Assembly (NCBI RefSeq): GCF_006345805.1
Contig: NC_043000.1
Location: forward strand, 103,664,001-103,728,000
Length of the DNA: 64,000 bases
Reading direction: 5' to 3'
Source: Octopus sinensis
Lineage: Eukaryota
A model generated the notes under the pieces. That model made no database searches. It was not told where the DNA came from and was given only the letters and a program-made list of their open reading frames with translations. This document shows positions 24,061 to 35,231 of this stretch, one piece after another (the first letter of the stretch is position 1; each line of letters opens with the position of its first letter). A program made the position numbers and the translations under genes.

Positions 24061-24534
24061 TCCCGATGCAGTACCAGGCAGTGGCTCTCGTGGCTTCTGA
24101 TCTTAACTGATTGGAAGTGTTATAAAAATAAAGATCAAAATGAAAATAAAAATAAAATTGTGAAAAGACGGACAGGCCATGTAGAAAGTTAAAACCAAAA
24201 CAGGTCAAGATATAATTAGGGTAAGAAATAAATAATAATTATAATTTTTTCTACTATAGGCACAAGGCCTGGAAATTGCTGGGAGGGGGCAGTCGATTAG
24301 ATCGACTCCTGTACGCAACTGGTACTTAATTCATCGATCCCGAAAAGATGAAAGGCAAATTCAACCTGGGCGGAATTTGAACTCGGAACGTAAGAGACAG
24401 ACGAAATAACTATTTCTTTACTGCCCACAAGGGGCTAAACACAGAATGGACAAACAAGGACAGACAAAGGGATTAAGTCGATTACATCAACCCCAGTGCG
24501 TAACTGGTACTTAATTTATCAACCCCGAAAGGAT
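23820..24534 (-). mobile_element. OR2-type SINE cluster; the last copy is split by the gypsy insertion and resumes at 28573-28680
   Basis: Reverse complement of the OR2 body (GGATGAAAGGCAAAGTCGACCTCGGCGGAATTTGAAC). ...CCCCGAAAGGAT at 24534 continues as GGATGAAAGGC at 28573. Confidence 0.88.
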
Positions 24535-24899
24535 TGTTGTTGTTATATATATATAATGTATTGAGTATTAAAGGAAGTAGTGAGTACTTAGTATGAAAGA
24601 TTAAGAAAATGAGAGAGACTGAAACAACGTGTTAACGATACAAGATACTTTATTCGACTGCCGTTGTTGTACAAGTTAATTGTTTTGGCGGGAAACAAAG
24701 TGAAAGTCCTTTTATCAAGGGAGACAATGGGCGACGTTGATTGTTCATGTTTGTTGTGATGATTATATAACATCTTCCTTTTTTTTTTTTTTTTTTTTTA
24801 TATCATCTGTATCTACAGGGAATAATTATTCGTCGTCCACTTTTTGTGGTTTTATTATTTTGTAGTGTTGAATTCTGTAGTTGTGCTGTTTTTGTTTTT

Positions 24900-27040
24900 T
24901 CATGCGTGTTTGTTGACTTTGGAAATATATTTTCATAATCTAATTCTTCTGTTATGCGAACGTGTTCGTTTGTTTTAAGAATATGTTGTCTATTTCGTTT
25001 GACTGTATTTCCTTCCTCTGTTATTACTAAGTATGAACGAGGTTGCTCTAGTTTTTTAATTATTTTGCCCCTTCTAAACCAATTGTTGTTAAACTTAATT
25101 CTAACCGTGTCGTGTGGTTTTAACTCTGAGAGTTCTGTTGTAATGTTTGATTTCTTCTTTTCGTGAGGCCTGATACCAATTTTGTCGTGTAGTATGTTTG
25201 GAGATTTGTTCGCAATGTTCTATTCATTATTTGATTTGCAGGGGATGGTGCACCATTTTGTAATTTAGTCGTGCGTAATGCTAAGAGCGCTAACTGAGGT
25301 TCTTCGTCACTTTTGAATGCCTTTTTTAGCGTCTTTTTTATTGTCTGTATATTTCTCTCAACCATGCCATTCGCTTGATGATAATGCGGGCTTGTCTTCG
25401 TGTGATGAAAATGCCAATTTTTTGCAAATTTTTTGAATTCAGCCGAATTGAATTCTGGACCGTTGTCACTTACAACTGTTTGCGGAATTCCGAACTTAGC
25501 AAAAGTTTCTTTTAATTTTTTGATTACGGTTTTTGACTGGCAATCATTTATTTCGTGTAGATCAAAAAATCTTGTTGTATAGTCAATAATTGTGACATAC
25601 GAATTTCCAGACAGGTGAAATACGTCTGTACCCACTTTGGTCCATGGTGTAGTAGGTATTTCATGATTTATTAGTGGTTCGGCTGCTTGTTGATTTTTGT
25701 AGTCAATGCAGTATGAGCATGTGTTAATCATGTCTTTGATTTGAGCGTTAATGCCGGGCCAGTATATACATTCCTTCGCTCTCTCTATGCATTTTTCGAT
25801 ACCCATGTGTCCGGTATGTATTTCCTGTAGAGCTTCTCTACGTAATGACTTAGGTACAATTATTCTTGAACCTTTTAGAACGAGACCATTGACGATTGAT
25901 ATTTCATCACGAACGGATACGAATGGTTTGATGTTTATTGGTATTTTGTCTTTTGGGGGCCATTCTGTTCTTGTATATGTGACGAGTGTCTGTAGAGACG
26001 GGTCGTCTGCAGTGGCTTCTTTATACTCTTTTAATTTAGTGTCGGTTATGGGGTAATTTTTTATTACTGCATGAATGTGCGATTTCATATCTTCGTCTGA
26101 TACTTCTGGAGTATTTTGCTCAAGGTATGCACGTGATAGGGTATCTGCAACAATTGATTCTTTACCAGGTATGTGGTTTAGGTCAAAATCATATCTTTGT
26201 AATTCTTTTTTACTTGTTGGCAGTGGCATGTGAATGATTGCTTGTACCTTGGTTGGATCTTGTTTTATCCCTTCGCTGGTTAATATATGCCCAAGGTACT
26301 TGATTTGTGATTCATAGAAGATACACTTTGATTTATTTAACTTTAATCCGTGCTTTCGGATTCGATCGAAAACTTGTTGTAGTCTATTTGTGTGTTCTTC
26401 TAAAGTGTTGGACCAGATTATGATGTCATCCTGTGAATTTCTTGCTCCTTCTATGCCCTCTATTATTTTTGAAATTTCTTTTTGGAAAACTTCACTGGCG
26501 CTGTGAATTCCAAAGGGTAGTCGTGTGAAGCGATACCTTCCAAAAGGTGTGTTGAACGTTAAAAGATGGGAGCTTTCTTCGTCAACTGGAATTTGCCAGT
26601 ATCCATTAGATGCATCGAGTTTTGAAAAATATTTAGGGTTATGCATTTATGCAAAAATGTCCTCCGCTGTAGGGAGTTTGAAATGTTGCCTTTTTATGGC
26701 TTTGTTTAGATTCTTGGGGTCTAAACAGAGTCGGAGTTTTCCGTTGGCTTTTTCAACGATGACTAGGGAATTTACCCAGTCTGTAGGTTCACTAACAGGT
26801 TTTATGATATCTAATTCTGTCATTCTTTTAATTCTTTGTTGAGTTTTTCTTTTATAGAAAAAGGAACCGATCTTGGTGGATGAATTACAGGAGTTATTTG
26901 TGGATCCACTGTGATATGATGTGTTATTGACAAAGTGCCGATTTCTCCGAAACAGTCTTCATATTTTTCTAATATGTCGTTTGTGTTCGACGAATTTATT
27001 TTTGAAATTCTCTGAATCAGGTTCAGATCTTTAGCTGTCT
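24900..27040 (-). CDS. pol: Gypsy pol: RT and integrase, RNase H deleted in frame, several disablements
   Basis: LCLDPKNLNKA, FSKLDASNGYWQ, SQDDII, YLGH, then KKELQR joined directly to YDFDLNHIPGK. Integrase H.GH.GIEKC, GTDVF, SDNGPEF and ANGMVER. Confidence 0.93.
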
Positions 27041-27046
27041 TTGCAT

Positions 27047-28280
27047 CTATAACTGCGTGCGAGTTGTTTTTGCAACAATGAATTTTATTTGCTTTGATAA
27101 TTCTTTGTATTTAATGACTGCTGTGCATTTTCCTAGCACTTTTATAGCTGTGTTATTATAAGCTGATAATCGAGTTGAAGTTTTTTGCAGTTGTGGTTTT
27201 GGAATTATATTTCTATATTCTCTGAATGGCAGTACGGTTACGTCTGCTCCTGTATCTATTTTGAATGTTACATTCGAGTTGTTCACTTTTAGTTCGACCG
27301 TCCAAATGTCTTTTGGAATCTTGAACTTTTCGATTTTGTGCACGCGGGAATTATTTGCAGTGATCATTTCGAGTGCATGTGTATCGTCATCTGATTCATC
27401 GTCGGTATGTATCTCTACTTTATGTACAAATTTTCTTGATTTGCACATTTTTGCACAGTGTCCTTGTTTCTTGCATTTTTCACATGTCTTGTGAAATGCT
27501 GGGCATTTATTTCTTTTGTGATTATAACCACAATAGTGACAGTTAGTGACGTAGTGTTGACTTGGCGCTTGAAACTTCGCGGGCTTTCTGTCACTTCCGC
27601 CTTGTTCGTTTTGATGACTGGATTGCATATGGCGGGTTATTTGGGTTTTGGCGCCTTTTCTGTCGTGTTGACTATATACCCTCGAGATTTCGTTATCTCT
27701 TGTTTCGGATGTGGCATTTAGCATCCTTGATTGGAGTCGTGTTTGCTCTGCACTCTGACCTGCTTGAATTGTTTTTTGTAGGTCTAAATTTGGTTCTCTC
27801 AATAATCTTTCTCTTAATCTCATGTCTCTGATTCCACATATCAGAATATCTTTGGTGAGACTGTCTGTGAGGTTGCCGAATTCGCACTGCTGTGCCTTTT
27901 GGCGCAACTCTACTACGTACTCATCGAATTTTTGATGTTCCGCTTGTCCACATGTGAAGAATTTGTGTCTTAGGAAAGTTATGTTTTTCCTGGGTTCACA
28001 ATATGCATCGAATTTTTCGATTACTGTCTGAAGGTTCATTTCTTCGTCGGGTGAATCGAAATCCAGTGTGGAATGGATATCTCGGCCTTTAGAACCGATG
28101 CAAGTTAAAAAACATTGAAGTTTTTACTTTGTCTGGCTTCATGTCACTTTCTGTTGCTATCAAAAAGAGATTGAATTCTTTTTTCCACTTTTTCCATGCT
28201 GCGGCTAGATTTTCCTGATTAAAGTCTAGGTCTTTTGGATGCGGTAAATTTTCCATTTCGTCTTTGAAGTATGATTTCAA
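27047..28280 (-). CDS. gag-pro: Gypsy gag + aspartic protease (frameshifted)
   Basis: AWKKWKKEFNLFLIA, YCEPRKNITFLRHKFF, zinc knuckles CHYCG..H..C and C..C...GH...C, and protease IDTGADVTV. Frameshifts at A/T runs near 28110 and 27065. Confidence 0.9.
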
Positions 28281-28685
28281 CTTCTTTTTTCCTTTGTTTT
28301 CTGTATTTTGGGTTCTTTTAGTATTCTGACACCATGTTGTTGTTATATATATATAATGTATTGAGTATTAAAGGAAGTAGTGAGTACTTAGTATGAAAGA
28401 TTAAGAAAATGAGAGAGACTGAAACAACGTGTTAACGATACAAGATACTTTATTTGACTGCCGTTGTTGTACAAGTTAATTGTTTTGGCGGGAAACAAAG
28501 TGAAAGTCCTTTTATCAAGGGAGACAATGGGCGACGTTGATTGTTCATGTTTGTTGTGATGATTATATAACAGGATGAAAGGCAAAGTCGACCTCGGCGG
28601 AATTTGAACTAAGAACGCAGCGGCGGACGAAATACCGCTAAGCATTTCGCCTGGTGTGCTAACGATTCTGCCAGCTCGACACCTG

Positions 28686-28762
28686 AAGAAGAAGAAGAAG
28701 AAGAAGAAGAAGAAGAAGAAGAAGAAGAAGAAGAAGAAGAAGAAGAAGAAGAAGAAGAAGAA
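28686..28762. repeat. (GAA)n microsatellite
   Basis: Direct reading. Confidence 0.95.
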
Positions 28763-29310
28763 AGGGAGGGGGAGGATGAAGAGAAAAGGATCCTACCCCG
28801 CCTTTTTCTGTGCACCCATGAGGCTCCCCGACATTGTTTCGACTCCACCGACTTTGTTTCTTTATAACTTCCAGAAAAAAAATGAATATTTTTCTATAAA
28901 TATGCTTTAGATGATGTAGAATACGGAATTTGCAGTGAAAAAAGCAATTTCCCGAGTGTAGAGTGAAGAGTTTCGGAGAATTCACTCTAGTCGGTTTTGT
29001 TTCCTCATATCTTTCTAAAAAGAAATGGATATCTTTCAGATTAAATTTTCTGCAAATACCTTTTAGTGTGTGTAGATTACGATTATATTGTTAATTAATA
29101 TGAAAATAAGAAAACTGGTGATCTCGTATACATACATATTAACATACATCACAATTTTGTTTCCGATATTTCAAGTTTCATTTTGTAGTTATATGTGATG
29201 TGTGCCAGCATGGACGGACCCAAGGATAGGGGCCTGAGGGTCATGTCCCCCTCTCCACCCCAACAAAAGTGCACCCTTCTAAATAATATAAATAATGAAA
29301 TTATTGTATA

Positions 29311-29586
29311 CAGTGCTCAGGTGCACCACAATTTGTCAAAAGTGCGTATAAAGCATATGCAGTAATGTACAAATGTCTGGAAAGTGAACAGTGTACGAGT
29401 CAGGTACATGCTTGCGTGTGTATGGAGGGGAGAAAATCAGGTGTAGTGCTGGCGAATCTCAGGAAGCATGGAAGTTTTGAAGGATGCAGTGCTCCGACAA
29501 CTAACAACTGATGCCGGCAGTTTGTTCCATGCTTCAGCAACTCTTAGCGTGAAAAAATGTTTCCGAATGTCATGGGAGCTGTGCTT
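29311..29586 (-). mobile_element. CR1/L2-type LINE 3' fragment
   Basis: The minus strand reads IRKHFFTLRVAEAWNKLPASVVSCRSTASFK, the CR1 C-terminal motif. Confidence 0.8.
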
Positions 29587-29812
29587 TACGCTATTTTCTC
29601 CTGAAATTATATTCCCTTCTGACCTTGTGCTCTTCCTTCGAAAAATCCCTGGCCAGAATGCATTGTGTACGAGAGCACCAATTTTTTTCTATTAAATTCC
29701 GGTGTAATTGTGAGCCTACGCACAATGAAAGGTATTTGCAGAAAATTTCATTTAAAAAAATCATTCTTCGATTATGAGGAAACAAAGTTGGTTGGGAGTA
29801 CACATGTATAAG

Positions 29813-30156
29813 TATAGGTGCAGGAGTGGCTGTGTGGTAAGTGTCTTGCTTACCAACCACATGGTTCCGGGTTCAGCACCACTGCATGGCACTTTAGGCA
29901 AGTATCTTCTACTAAAGCCTCGGGCCGACCAAAGTCTTGTCAGTGGATTTGGTAGACGGAAACTGAAAGAAGCCCGTCCTGTGTGTGCGTGTGTGTGTGT
30001 GTGTTTATGTTTGTTCCCCCAACATCGCTTTAGAACCAACTTAGCGGTTCGACAAGTACTAGGCTTACAAAGAATAAGTCCTGGTACTTGCTCGACTAAA
30101 GGCGGTGCTCTAGCATGGCCGCAGTAAAATGACTGAAACAAGTAAAAGAGTAAAGA
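29813..30156 (+). mobile_element. Full-length OR1-type SINE
   Basis: tRNA-like head GGAGTGGCTGTGTGGTAAG...GGTTCCGGGTTCA, internal (GT)n and the OR1 tail. Confidence 0.88.
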
Positions 30157-30157
30157 G

Positions 30158-30189
<32 letters not shown>

Positions 30190-30358
30190 CATGTATATGT
30201 ACACAAGCGAGCGCGCATTCGTGTAAGACACCTCAATGGTGAAAAAACTTTGAAATGTTGCTTTCCGTCACACGCACAAACATTCAAATATAGGCATGTA
30301 CGTATATGCTTATATTTATACTACTTAACATACACATACACACGCACACACACACACA

Positions 30359-30389
<31 letters not shown>

Positions 30390-30879
30390 TCACACACTCT
30401 CACACACACACTTTACCCACTTTCTCAGGCTGTCGTTCTGTTTCTTTCTCTCGCGCACATTCAACTTTCTTCGTCACGCAATACAAATATTCACACACAG
30501 ATAGTCACATTATCATTTGTCACACACACAAACACACGTATAGAAAAACATACCTAATACAAATCACCTGCCCCTCATTCTCTGACTCTCTGTCTACTTC
30601 ACTCTCTCTCTTTCTCACCCTCTCTCTCTCACTCTCTCTCTCTCTCTCTCTCTCTCTCGCACGCACACACACAAACACACACACAAATTATGCACTTTTT
30701 TCTTGTGACTTCAATTCGTTTTGACACAGAAAAACAAAAATCAAAGCCGCCCACAAATTTTCACTTTTTTCTCACGCAAACCACGCAGAATGTCATATAA
30801 CATTAATTCACATACAATAAAAAATATAATAATTATAATAAATGAAATTTATGCTCAAGGTCACCAATTTTTGGGAAGT

Positions 30880-32390
30880 AGGTTACATCGATCCCAGTAC
30901 TCAACTGGTAATTATTTTATTGATCCTTGATAGGATGAAATGCGAAGCCGACTCCGACAGCATTTGAACTTAGAATGTAAAAACGAATGAAAAGCCGCTA
31001 AGCATTTTCTTTTCTACTCTAGGCACAAGGCCTGAAATCTTTGGGGAAGAAGCCGTCGATTAGATCGACCGCAATATGCAATTGGTAATTAATTTTTCGA
31101 CCCCGAAAAGATGAAAGGCAAAGTCGACTTCGGTGGAATTTGAACTCAGAACGTAAAGACAGACGAAATACCTATTTCTTTACTCTCCACAAGAGGCTAA
31201 ACACAGAGAGGACAAAACGGATTACATCGACCCCAGTGCGTAACAGGTACTTATTTAATCGACCCCGAAAGGACGAAAGGCAAAGTCGACCTCGGCGGAA
31301 TTTGAACTCAGAACGTAGCGGCAGACGAAATACCTATTTCTTTACTACCCACAAGGGGCTAAATACAGAGGGGACAAACAAGGATAGACAAACGGATTAA
31401 GTCGATTACATCGACTCCAGTGCGTAACTGGTACTTAATTTTTCGATCCCGAAAGGATGAAAGGCAAAGGCGACCTCGGTGGAATTTGAACTCAGAACAT
31501 ATCAGCAGACGAAATACGGCTAAGCATTTCGCCCGGCGTGCTAACGTTTCTGCCAGCTCGCCGCCTTAATAATATTAGGGTATTGCAGCTTTTTTTCAAT
31601 AAATTTTATTCAACAAAAAATTTAAACAAAACGCCAATCTAAACAAAACGACAAGCAGAAATTGAAGTAGATGTTGAATATGCTCCGGAATAATCATTTA
31701 AAGATGTTTTTGTTAAATGTTGTTATTGTTTTTGTTGAATAAAATTTATTGAAAAAGAAAAAGCCGCAATAATTATGCACCAACTTAATAATAATGATGA
31801 TGGACTCTCCCGTCAGCTTTTTTCCAACGACCTACACAAATGATTTGCGTATAGTGATCAAATGTATGTGCTGTACATTAGCTCACTTCCTCCATCAAAT
31901 CGACGTTGCCTCAACAGGTGCACGGTGTACCACACGTCAGGTGTCGAAGTGATCGCAGAGCAAATGAGATTAAGTGTTTTGCTCAAGAACACAACGCACC
32001 ACTCGGTCTAGGAGGGGATAAGTCGATTACATCGACCCAAGTCTTTCACTGGTACTTATTTTACCGATCCCGAAAAGCTGAAAAGCAAAGTCGATCTCGG
32101 AGGAATTTGAGCTCAGAACACAAAGGCAGATGAAATGTCGCTAAGCATTTTGCCTAGCGTGATAACAATTCTGCCAGCTCGCCGCGTTTAGAATAATAAT
32201 AATAATAATTATTATTATTATTTCTTTATTACCCACAAGGGGCTAAACACAGAGGGGACAAACAAGGACAGATATCGACCCCAGTGCGTAACTGGTACTT
32301 AATTTATCGACCCCGAAAGGATGAAAGGCAAAGTCGACCTCGGCGGAATTTGAACTCATAACGTAACGGCAGACGAAATAATAATAACGA
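30880..32390 (-). mobile_element. Cluster of tandem OR2-type SINE bodies
   Basis: Repeated OR2 blocks at ~31100-31570 (three consecutive units sharing one head) and ~32020-32390. Confidence 0.85.
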
Positions 32391-32459
32391 TTTCTTTTAT
32401 TTGCCACCAGTGCGAAGGATGAGGGGGACAATACAAAGACAGACATAAAGTGTCGGGGT

Positions 32460-34410
32460 TTATATATAATGGAATGATTAAAAAAAAATTAGCAGAAAAA
32501 AATTAGAAGAAAAGAAGTACACATAGTATACGACACTAGAAGAAGAGAGAGAAAAGGCGATAGTGATGGGGTCCTCTTGGTTCAGGAGGACCTCTAGGGA
32601 TAATCGAAGAACCCCAACATCCAAGATCACCCTGAATACCAAAGGCGAGAACCTCTCCAACTCATTTCTTCCGACTCATAAGTGTACACTGAGTGGTACC
32701 ATCCACTCTTGCCATTTTCGCAACTTTCACCCACCTTTTGATAAATTCACTCGAGGACTGCACCTCCCTCTCCACTCCCACTTTCCTTTCCAAGTGAAAT
32801 TCGAAAAAGTCGATGAGGGCTTTGCCAAAGAAGAATGTTTGTCTTCATTCCTTTCAGCCTCGTCCACCAGATAACCTCTTTCTCCACAACCACCAGACGA
32901 AGGAAAACTGCCTTGCCTGCCCGGTTAAAGGAAGGCGGCGGGGCAATCATTATTATGGACTCGGATGAGAGACACGGCAGTAGCTGTTCAACAAGTTAGC
33001 AATACCCGGACGCCGAACGAGTGCATGCAAAATAGTTTCGTCACTCTGTGAGCACTTCGAACAAGCCCATCTGACAGCACATCTGTGACTGTAGAGTTTA
33101 TCTTGTACCGGTAGCGCCCCCCGATAGCACTGCCAAGCCAAAGACATCTGGAAATTATCCTTACTAGTCCCCGATCGGAAAGTCCTCCGGAATAGACTTG
33201 CCAGTTCGTCTTCGTCGACGCCTAGGGTCACTCCGAGGACGTTGTTGCACTTGCACGCTACTAATCTTCTGTATATAACTAAAGTGAAACATCCACCGAT
33301 CCTATTGCCCAACTTGTTGAGGACAGTGAGCGCCTGACGACATGCTAAGAGCCAAGCGCCCAGTCTCGGCCTATCTTTTACTCAGGACAGCAGCTCCGTC
33401 AAGAAGACAAGCTGCGGAAAGGTGTGTTTCACAAACGGAACTCACACCCGTTTCACCTTCTAGAAATCGTTGCAGGTGACGCAACCTGAGTGCGTGTCTG
33501 CAAATCAAAAGCCATAGCATGCCTAAGCCGCCACGCAGAGGGAGCCGGCAACAGACCGACCGCCTGACCATTGGAATGCGTCTCTTCCACAAGAAAATAA
33601 GCAGGATACGCCCCAATCTAATCACGCAGTAACTGGGGCAAGGCACGATGGTCAGACAATAAATAATGATAGAAGCGATGTAGGCAGTCGCCACCGCTGC
33701 CCGACTTTTCAAGAACAGTTTCCTCTCTGTCCCTTTTTTGGGTAAGACAAGCCACTTTGTTCGTCACTTCTTCCCAATTCTTAATCACATTGCGGTCGAG
33801 ACCAAACCAGACCCCGAGCAGTTTAACTGGTCCGTCAGTCCAGTGTCCGACGGCATCGATCTGCCTCTCCAGGTGCCCAGTCACCAATCCCACCAACTTG
33901 TCAGCATTGATTTTGGCCCCTGCAACCGACTCATATTTCCTTACAATAGAGCAGACTGTTTCCACTTTGGAAGCGTCCGACACCATGACGGTGACGTCGT
34001 CCGCGTACGTCGAAACTGCCCTCCCGAGTCAAATTTCAAAAGGGAGGCTTCTTAACTGTTCCAACTTCTGCAGAAGTAGCTCGGGAGCCAGCACATATAT
34101 AAAAGGTGACAGCGAGCAGCCCTATCAGACCGAACGTGCGATACTAAACGGTTCCAATAGGTGGCCATTTTCTTTAACTACCAAGCAGGTGCCGCTGTGC
34201 AATGCAGTAATCCAGCATCTGAAAACGGGTCCGAAACCGGACGCTTTAAGGACGGCTTTCAAGTAGCGATGGTTGACCCTATCGAAAGCTTTCGACTGAT
34301 CTAAATTGATCAGGCCCCCACCGAAACCAGCCTTAGTCCCAGCTTTCTCTCTACAATGTATCGCATAAGGTAGAATTTGTCGTTGATAGACCTGCTCGGG
34401 ATCACGACCA
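32460..34410 (-). mobile_element. L1/Tx1-clade LINE, 5' truncated, disrupted
   Basis: LINLDQSKAFDRVNH, RQGCSLSPF, YADDVT, GAKINADK, RSVCCRLPLRGGLG, and the zf-RVT-type C..C....ETILHAL. Confidence 0.88.
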
Positions 34411-35077
34411 TACCATCCAGGTCTAGGAAGATAGCTCATACTTGGAGATCTAAACACTTCCGGAGTAGCATTGCTACACTGCCACTCCGTCTCGATAGAC
34501 CACAAGATGAGAATACCTCGTAGTCTTCGAAAATGGATGCTAGAGCGTGTTTTCCAGAGATGCTTGTTTTACTATTGCAGCCACATCTAAATCCTTGATT
34601 ACTACAGGACAATTGTCACCTTTTCATAATCTCATCTCTCTGGCTAAGTCCTAACTGATGACACAAAAGTCAGCGGAATCACAAACTTAAGCAGGCAATG
34701 GTCCTCCACCCTCCAAGCGTTGCTGCTTCCTAGGGCTAAATAACAGTAGTGTGATTCCCTTCATGGGACTATCACATTAAGTTGACAGCATACAACTACT
34801 CTATGGTACCACTACTGCATATATCTCTCTGAGATATTTAGAAATGTATTATTTCTCTCTCCCACCCTCTCTCTCTCACTCTTTCTCTCTCTCTCTCTCT
34901 CTCACCCTGTATATATATATATATATATATATATAAATTAAATGGATGAGTAAGTGAACAAAGAATGATGAAATGAGTGAGACTTCTTTTTCTTTACAAC
35001 CTTGCCACCGAACTGGCCAAAATAAACTCTTAAACAGGCATGGGCAAGCTTTATCGAGAAGCGAGCCACATGTGATA

Positions 35078-35116
35078 AGTAGTGCGACCCCCACATCAGG
35101 TGGGGGTCGCACTACT
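35078..35116. other. Perfect 17 bp GC-rich hairpin (5 nt loop)
   Basis: AGTAGTGCGACCCCCAC-ATCAG-GTGGGGGTCGCACTACT followed by A8TAG. Confidence 0.9.
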
Positions 35117-35231
35117 AAAAAAAATAGTTTTTTCGTTAGGCGTGTCATTCAAAAAGCCTTGCGGGTTGCAGTTTGATCATGACAACTCAAAATCACCGAC
35201 TGAGATGAGAAAATGTAACATAGCATTCATA

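Larger units (their letters stand above)
24535..28572 (-). mobile_element. Very young Ty3/gypsy LTR retrotransposon lacking RNase H
   Basis: 238 bp LTRs at 24535-24772 and 28335-28572 differ at one position. TG...CA ends, 4 bp TSD GGAT, PBS TGGTGTCAGAA (tRNA-Leu-like) at 28324-28334 on the - strand, and an A-rich PPT next to the left LTR. Confidence 0.97.

Noticed and set aside
29813-29900. tRNA-like A/B box sequences
   Set aside because: They are heads of OR1/OR2 SINEs, not tRNA genes; no full cloverleaf is seen.
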